64,000 nucleotides of DNA, from contig CM022677.1 of NCBI GenBank assembly GCA_012295275.1, forward strand, positions 14,322,001 through 14,386,000, given 5' to 3'. This document shows, piece by piece, positions 56,110-64,000 of this stretch; the stretch's first letter is position 1; every line of letters starts with the position of its first letter. Below the pieces are notes generated by a model. The model searched no databases. It had not been told where the DNA came from and worked only from the letters and a program-made list of their open reading frames with translations. The stretch comes from Chrysomallon squamiferum (taxonomy: Eukaryota > Animalia > Mollusca). The translations under genes and the position numbers were made by a program.

Positions 56110-57204
56110 GCTTATAACAGTATAATATCAATACCTTGTGTGCCCACCATGGGAGTCCAGAACTGCCTGACATCTCCTTCCCATGGCAATAATGACATTA
56201 TGAATTACACCTTGTGGAATGGTGGCCCACTCTGTCTGTAGTAATAATGCCAACTGAGCTCTTTAGGGTTCAAATCCAGAGATTTAGATGGCTAGGGCAG
56301 GACCTGAATGTTATTGTTGTGTAGGTACACTGTTGTGAGTCTGGCTGTATGTGCTGGAATACAGCATTACCATTATTCATAATTGGAGTGAAGTGGTTTC
56401 AAAATTTCATCTCGGTATCTCTGTGCCATTAAGTTGCCTTGGATGTGAACCAAGTTGGTCCTGCCAGTGTATGTGATTGCTGCCCACACCATCACACTAC
56501 CACTGCCAAATCTGTCTGCTTCCTGTATGCAGTTTGCAGTAAAACGTTCACCACGATGTCTGTAAACTCGACATCTTCCATCAGCTCAACGAAGCAGAAA
56601 TTGAGTCTCGTCACTAAACCAGACAGTTCTGCATCGTAATTGAGGCCAGACACTACTGATGCCATAGGCGATGATGTTGTTAGTCAAAACCACTCTTCTT
56701 ACAGGCCGTCTGGCTCAAATACCTGCCTCGCGTAAATGATTGCAGACTGTCTTAACCGATGTTCTCTGCAGAACTGGTATTGCTGAAGCAGTAGAGGTTG
56801 CTGTGGTGGTTGTTTCCCATATATGTAGCAGTTACATGTGGTCTACCTGATCTGAGACGGCCACGTGTTGTTTGGTGTTGCTGGAACTAATATCACATTC
56901 TCAAGATGGTGCTTGGGGATACATGGAACACCCGGGCTATGGCTGAGAAGGATTTGCCAGCTTGTAAATGGCTGATGGCGTTGTTTCATTGCGGTTCACT
57001 CAGTTGTGACATTTGTTTGATGTCTGGTCAGAACAAAAATAACAAACAGAAGTATTCGAAAACCTTGTATTTTTATAACCCTCATATTCAAGTTTCATGT
57101 GCCACATGTGCACATGTACTGGTAACGTGGTTTGCATTCGGGGACGTTTTGGCTAATGAACATGGTCATAGCCTTTATTTTGTGTTACCTCTTTTTGGTG
57201 ACTG
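56110..57204 (-). mobile_element. Tc1/mariner element, degenerate, one TIR lost
   Basis: MSQLSE...AI..LQAG.S.SAIARVFHVSPSTI; SDETQF; GSGSVMVWAAI; P*PSKSLDLNP; EWATIPQ..I...MGRRCQAVLDSHGGHTRY*. Terminus TA-CAGTCACCAAAAA at 57206-57192. Confidence 0.92.
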
Positions 57205-58322
57205 TATCAAAAGCTATACATTTGAATCACCAAATGTCATTATATTCATTTCAAGCTCCTTTATTTTTATATACCAATCGGATGGTATAATTGCTGTGTC
57301 AAGAATAACATTAAACAGTAGTACGTATAAAAGGTAACATAATATTAGCAGTATACTTAATATATTCATTAATAATAAAATCTTCTCCAACTGATTGATT
57401 ACAATGGAGTCAGTTCACTGCTCTAGATCTTTCCCCGGTTGAAAAAGTTTCGTTCAAAATATCATTAGTAGTTTCTTGTCTTTGAGTGTGTAGTTCTAGT
57501 AATATGATCAGGCAAAGTTTCATCAACATTGCTATTAAGAGTTTTGAAAAAGTGGAATAAAGAATCAGTTGATACACATCAGCTTTTGACCGTCTCTGCT
57601 TGTTGTTGTTCAGAATTGACTAGAACTCTTTGGGATTTGAAGTTTTTAGTATCTGAAGTTTTTGTTTAATAGATGTTCTATATTCCCTAACAGCTCTGTT
57701 TAATGTTAGTTTATACTTCAAGTCAGCTTTCAGTATACTTCAACCATACTTCCTGTCTTGTAGCTGTACAAGCTGCATTAAACCAGGCCATATTATAAGG
57801 ATGTTTCTTTATTGTATTATAGGTGGTTTCTTTCTAAATGTTTTTTTGGCTGCAGTTATAAATATAACATTTATATCAGATTTTGTATTATTTACAAATC
57901 AGAGTCAACATCTGTTTCCTTGTAATTTTTTAATTTTTGGGGTATTTCAATTAACAAATGTTCTGCTTTTCAAAATTATCGCAAAATTCTTGCTTTTTAA
58001 TCATGAAACCATTTCCTTGGGACCTCCTTAGAGCTTGATGAAATATCAGTTACAGTATTCTCAAGATTTATTTGCATACATAGTTTGATACATAAAGAAG
58101 ATAGCAAAGAAGAAAATGGCAGAACAGAAAGGTTTTCTTTTAGGGACAAGAATTTAACATTGGCAGTGAAGTAATCTACAACACTAACGTCTTTACCTAC
58201 TTTCCCATTCATAACAAACATGTTGTTATATATACAGAAATCAAGGAAAATACGACCATAGTTATTTTTCTTTTTATCCTTTGATTCTGATTGTTTCAAC
58301 CCTTTGAACCTGATTGTTTCAA

Positions 58323-61265
58323 CCCTTTGAACCCTATGGCACCATCCTTACATGATCTTCACCCTGATTTCCCAGTGAAAATTTGCAAAAGGTCAGTTAT
58401 GAGTATTTGCATTCTTGTGATGCTACTTTGTTGTCATTTACAATAAATAAACAAATACAATATCTACTCCATGTTGTTTATTGCATTTTTCACTTCTACC
58501 TCAAGAACTGAACTTTTGTGTTTCAGTCAAGCCAGCAATTTTGCTTGATACCCCGATGCACAAAAAAGCCTTACAATAGTTACACCAGTAAACTGTTTTT
58601 GACTTTTGGGGAAAGTCCTTATAGGCAGCACTGGGATTTTGTTGTCTGGCCTGTTGTGGTTTTCCAGACACACTACACATCCACTGTTTGATGTTGCATG
58701 GGGAGGCTGTTTCCAACTTGTGAGGTCCGTAATGTTGGAAGTGTTTGTCTGTGAACAGAGGCACTTTAAATAGGCTTTTTGTCACACCAAACAATTGCTG
58801 CTACAATTCCATTGAACAATAGTTCAAACTGCCCCCTTCTGATTTGACTTTTTGATTTGATCAGTTTTTTCAGAAAAAGTTTGAGATTTGTAAGTGCAGT
58901 GCCCACTAGGCAGATTCCTCTCTTTTCCAGCAAGAACTCACACAAATATATACTAGTGTAGAATCTGTCTGTAAACACACAGTAATGCTGGTCACAAAAC
59001 AGTTCCAACATACAAACAACAAGGTTTCCAGTCACACTAAGATTTTAAATTGAGTTCAGCATCCTTCCTGTGACCTGTATTTACTTCTGTATTTGAAATG
59101 TAGCCATTCTCACTGTCACAAAGTAGGAAGGTGTTGTTTATCGGTTTATCTTTGATGTAGGGTATTATAGATAAGGAGTTTTTTTTATTGGAATCATTCC
59201 CTCGTCAGGTAACAGATGGCTTCTCAGTGTATAATGCAACCTGGATTTTTCCAGCAAGTGATTGAAAATGGGCTGTGATTTTGTAAATCTTATCAGATTT
59301 GTCTAGCTCTGGGTCTAATTCATTTACACTATGTAGCTTAGACTATATTGCTAAACATCTATCTCGTGTAAAAATCTGTGAAAATCCAGGTGTGATGATC
59401 ATTTTCCTTATCTCACCAAAATTGTTCTTGTGAATAAGCATTTCCATTGCTACTCTGTCAGTGAACTAAACAATTTTGCATACTAATGTGAAGGGTGTTG
59501 CTTCTCTGTTATGTTCTGTCTGCTATCAGTTTCAACAACGAAGAGCTGCCACAAATCATCATTACAGAATTAATGTCAAAAAGTTAGCAGGGCTGCTGTC
59601 ATTATTGAGTGAATCTGGAATATTTTTGGGACTGGGGTTCTTCAGTATTGAATTGTTTTTCATGATACCCTTTCATGTCATTCATCCACTGACACTGATT
59701 TACCTGAAGCTGAGAATTCAATCACACCATGTCCTCTACCACAGCAACATCCACTAACAGGTTGTAAAACATCAACATCTGGGCTGTGATTATCAGCAGA
59801 ATCATTTTCATCTTCATTTGCATTCATGTTATTACTATTTGTATCATTGACAACATCATCGTCACTCTCTTCGCTTTCAAAATTACTATTATTTCCTCAG
59901 TCCAACACTTCATTCTCATCCTCAGAATGTGTCAAAATAGTCATTTGGTCAAAATGAATAAAATGTTCAATCATTTGGCTAAAGGGTATTTCTTGGGTCT
60001 TTTCTAATAACTAAACTATGTTTTATCTGTATTGAATAATCAACTACATGTAACAACAATTTACCAGTGTAATACATTGGTGACACATACTACACACTTC
60101 ATTTATTTAAACAATTTACACTGTTGTGACATCTGCTGTTACACTAAACATTATTTTTGAAACAAGCACATCGCTTACTCCGACATCTTTTAGGTCCATT
60201 ACAAGTGCACTTGACAAAACTCTGACCACTGTGTTGAGGCTGCTTTTTGTTGGCTTGATGAAGTGACACACTGTTAATGTCAGATTCACTCAGGAGTCTC
60301 TTAGGACATAAATCAAACTGGTGTTGACTATATTTCCCTTTCAGAATACCAAAAGGACAACCAATGCGTCTTGCATTCTTTCTAACTGCTACTGCTTCCA
60401 TTTCTTCAGGTAAGAGGTCAACAGACAGAATGGGCACAGGTGTTGTTATCTTCAACAGGACCATCCTTCATAATCACACGACTTCTCAGCCGACCGCTCC
60501 TACCTTTCACCTGAAGACGTTCAGACAATCTTCTTTCTACAATTCAACAAGTTAACAACCACTTTGCAAAACCAACATCAGGCAGTATTTATTTTTCCAA
60601 TACGCAATCAACCATGAAACCTCAGCAGCTCGAAGAGGATTCCTAACTTTCAGGATAATTGACATGTGTTTCTATGTGTTTTGCATATCAATAGATCTTT
60701 GGCCACGAGAGAGAACTCTTTGAAAGATTGGTCAGAACCAGCCAAGAAACAACTCAAGTTTGATGAAAAAAGAACAGTTCAGTTTCTGAACGTGGTTGAG
60801 AAGTTATTGGATGCCTGGGGTGCCATGTCTGAGAAGGACATAAATGTCTCGATGGGTAATGGCCATCAAAGAAAAAATGAATTGTCAAAGAATTACTGGA
60901 AACTCAAGACAGAATGGATTTAGGATGACTGTTCATTAAAATTTCAGTTCATTTATCAACAAAAACTGTTTTGATCTTCCAGACATTCATCCTAATGGCT
61001 CATTTTTGAATAAACTACTGACAACTGATATCTGCATCAAATATTTATAGGCCAGAAGAATCAAAGCAACAAATCTTGTTTGCTTTTAAGGACACAGGCT
61101 GATTAGTACATAACAAAGACAACAAAGTTCAAAGGAATTGTTCCAAAGGACACAGGATGATTAGTATAAAACAAAAACAAAACATGGCCAAATGACTATT
61201 CTCAGAGGCATTTGACCAAATGTGCATTGACTAAATCAACACTATTGTTTTGTCGGTCCAAAGGG
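58323..61265 (-). mobile_element. piggyBac (PGBD4-like) element, degenerate
   Basis: TIRs ccctttgaacc (58323, duplicated at 58300) and ggtccaaaggg followed by TTAA (61266-61269); left TSD reads tcaa. Transposase about 60010-58500 has an acidic N-terminus, DEGMIP, TDRFYTS..L..FL, VGT, WCDKKPI and a C-terminal Cys cluster. Confidence 0.9.
60100..60700 (-). mobile_element. Ginger2/KRBA2/SCAND3-like integrase relic nested in the piggyBac
   Basis: IDMQ, PLRAAEV, VLQS, VPI.SVD, RIGCPFGILKGKYS..QF, GQSFVKCTCNGPKRCRSKRCACFK...CNSRCH. Confidence 0.78.
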
Positions 61266-61859
61266 TTAATATATTTAACCTCTCAAAAATAGAGAATCAT
61301 GATTAAACCACTATATTCATTTTGAACCAAAATCATTATCATCAATTGTTCCTGTTGAAGTCACCAATACGACAGATCATATTATACTTATTCACAAATG
61401 AAAAATATTCATTTTCAAGCTGGTCAAAATCATCAGATGATGAACAATATGAATTATCTGGTGGAATATGTACAGTACAATTAAAATAGTATCATCTGTC
61501 CCCAGCCACATAATACATTTACTCTGTGATTCGACAGTAGATAAATTTTATATATACAGACACCCCCCAGTGATAAAGAAACTTGTTTTTAGCATATGCT
61601 TTATATAAAACAATATGAACCTGATGGTTTCAAGATCTCTGAGCTTACTTATTAATCTCTATTACTTTTAAAACTTAAGGGATTACTTCTTTATGATTTT
61701 TGTGTGGCGTATTTTTACAAATGAGAGAGTTTTCTGACATTTGCTCAACACTGTTTTCACTTGGTAAGACTTGTCCTGCTCCATTGTTGTATTGCACTGA
61801 GTGAACTGACTCACACATTAATCTTATTAGTTTTATTTTTGAGTTGTTATGTTTGGGAT

Positions 61860-62240
61860 CTTACTGTCTTTTTGAGTTGTTATTTTGTGTTGGTATCTCT
61901 GTTGTCTTGTTTTGTTCAACTGAGTTGTTTTGTTTTGTTGTGATCTGTGTTGTCTTGTTTCCTATTGGCTGAGTTGTTATGTTTGTGTTGTGTGATCTCT
62001 GTTGTCTTGTTTCTGTCACTGAGTTTGGCTTTTGTTGTGTGATCTCTGTTGTCTTGTTTCTGTTGGCTGAGTTGTTATGTTTGTGTTGTGTGATCTCTGT
62101 TGTCTTGTTTCTGTTGGCTGAGTTGTTATGTTTGTGTTGTGTGATCTCTGTTGTCTTGTTTCTGTTGGCTGAGTTGTTATGTTTGTGTTGTGTGATCTGT
62201 TGTCTTGTTTCTGTTGGCCGAGTTGTTATGTTTGTGTTAC
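61860..62240. repeat. 51-bp minisatellite at the LINE ORF1 3' end
   Basis: Unit gatctctgttgtcttgtttctgttggctgagttgttatgtttgtgttgtgt. Confidence 0.92.
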
Positions 62241-63494
62241 TAGCTTCTGGTCCGACCTCTCCCAGTGTAAACAGCCTGACCTCAATATACAGTTTATCAC
62301 CATTTAAGATTGTTCTTTTCCCTTGCTGGTTTGTAATGTGGATATAGTAATTTTCTCCTCTCATTAATTTTTTTCAGGAATTGTTCACTAACACCATATG
62401 GCTTGTTCATCAATTCTGGGTGCAGATCTTCTCACTATTTCTCTGTCTTTATATAAAATGAATTAAGCAACAATAGGCCTTATATATCCATCGAACTTTC
62501 TCCCCAATTGTTCACTCTGTGAAAGTCAGTATTATTTTCTACTTTCATTTCATTTTTTATAAACCTTTCAACTCCTCATCTGTGTCTTTCTCTGGTATCC
62601 CACTAAAGATTAAATTGTCACGTATGAATCGAGTTTGTAGATCATTGTGTTTTTCTCTTGATATTCTAAACTCAGTTTTTTGTTTTATACTGTTATTATT
62701 ATCTCTCTTTTGACAAGTAGAACTGTTCATATCTGACACAACAGATTTCAAATCTCCAAGTTTTTTTTATTCCTTTCAAACTTTTAGTGAATGTAATTCA
62801 TACCTTTTCCATATCTTGTACTTTTTTCTTAATATAAGTCAGTTTACCACTGAAATCTTGTAAAGTTATTTCCATACTATTCAGTTGTTTTTCAATCATG
62901 TTCAATTTTTCCAGTTTATCACACATTATATCTAACTTTCTAGTCAAAGTATCTAATTTTATACTGACATCTTGACAGTTCACAACTAGTGAAATTAACC
63001 CAGAATACTGACCATGGGATCATTAGGTTTATCTGTATTGTCCATACTGTGACTGCTGCGACTGTTGAATTGGTGTTGACTGATAAAATGGTGCAGATGA
63101 ACATCCAAGCCCACTGTTCGTTAATTTGATCCCCTCAGTGTGGCGACTTCTTGACCAGTTTGGCTATTTTTTTCTGTTCACTTTCTCCACTTACGTTCTT
63201 ACTCTTAGTTTTTTCTCTTTTTACCTTTTTTATTTCCACATTGCAAACTCATGTATTTTTGCAATAATTTACATTGAAAAAACAGATAAAATAACATTTA
63301 AAACCAATAAACATTATATATTTTCACAGAGAAATGAGAATCAAAACTTTCATTTCCATGCATGTGCAAAGCTGAATTCTTTTGTTTATCTTTTATGTGA
63401 GTATCAGCATCATTTTTCAGTAACAACAAAGCAAATCATTTCTCTTATAAAATCTTTGCTTTTATAGATTCATGAAGTGCAATTTTTCACTCAC

Positions 63495-63990
63495 TGTTTA
63501 CTGCATTAACATCAGACTTTCTCTTTATCAGTGATTTTAACATATATAAGTCACCACATAGAACTGAAATTTGGAGAGGTGAGTCTGAAGTCAACAGTTT
63601 GAAGCTAAGTTTATCTTGAAGAAACAATTTCAATCTAGTTTTGTCATCAGACAACTGTTTCAATCTAATTTTATCATCAGACAACTGTTTGAATCTAGTT
63701 TTTTCAACAGACAACTGTTTCAATCTAGTTTTTTCAACAGACAACTGTTTGTCAAGTTTTGTCAACAGACAACTTTCAATCAAGTTTTGTCATCAGACAC
63801 CTGTTTGCCTAGTTTTGTCAACAGACAATTGTTTCAGTCTAATTTTATTTTTATCAAGCAGTTTTAATATAGTTTGCTCTTCAAACAACTCAATCAATTT
63901 CTGGTTAATTCCTATATTTACATTAGACAACATCTGCACTGTTAAACATCACTTTCAGTACTTCACTTTTCTTCCAATTGTTCTCATCTG
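63495..63990 (-). pseudogene. Exon-like segment ending in an ankyrin repeat, preceded by a 30-bp tandem repeat (about 63625-63840)
   Basis: SPLQISVLCGDLYMLKSLIKRKSDVNAVN then a gtgagt donor at 63494; (KQLSxxKTRL)n upstream; frame breaks beyond 63783. Confidence 0.55.
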
Positions 63991-64000
63991 TATCATTATA

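Larger units (their letters stand above)
55700..63130 (-). mobile_element. Near full-length degenerate LINE (ORF1 about 63050-62250; ORF2 APE about 61700-61270 and 58299-57997; RT about 57500-57206 and 56100-55700), interrupted by piggyBac and Tc1
   Basis: ORF1 has a coiled coil, DLQTRFIRDNLIFSGIPE, VSEQF and DKLYI. APE has HIPPDNSY, IGDFN and NNYG..FLDFC...NGKVG.D.SVVDY. RT has GVRQRDNLSPFLFSVFLN and LLYADDTILLAES. Confidence 0.88.

Overview
AT-rich, microsatellite-dense eukaryotic (metazoan) scaffold with two 200-N gaps (2071-2270, 23462-23661). The TNF stalk motif, SINE-like tails and TE repertoire suggest a mollusc or other lophotrochozoan, which is an inference. Host-gene content has five parts. 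(1) A 4-exon TNF-superfamily ligand on the minus strand (26370-24053), intact apart from one frameshift in a T-run. (2) A multi-exon LRR+RRM gene on the minus strand in three partial, partly disabled copies (about 1.2-1.9 kb, 11.3-22.9 kb, 31.4-36.9 kb); its RRM RNP2 strand is amplified about 13 times in frame by a 33-bp minisatellite. (3) Prolyl 4-hydroxylase alpha pseudogene fragments. (4) Thrombospondin type-1 pseudogene fragments. (5) An ankyrin-like exon. Mobile DNA includes two MULE families plus a 500-bp MULE derivative with an 8-bp TSD, a foldback MITE, an intron-containing Sola-like transposase relic, Academ (XPG-type) pieces, and a near full-length LINE interrupted by a Tc1 and a piggyBac, the piggyBac itself holding a Ginger/KRBA2-like integrase relic. 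Larger structure comprises an about 8-kb direct duplication around the TNF gene, an about 1.7-2-kb duplication, and an about 1.3-kb module present in inverted orientation 45 kb apart. The stretch 27.3-31 kb looks like a mixed (chimeric) assembly consensus. All calls were made by eye; most ORF-track entries are microsatellite artefacts.
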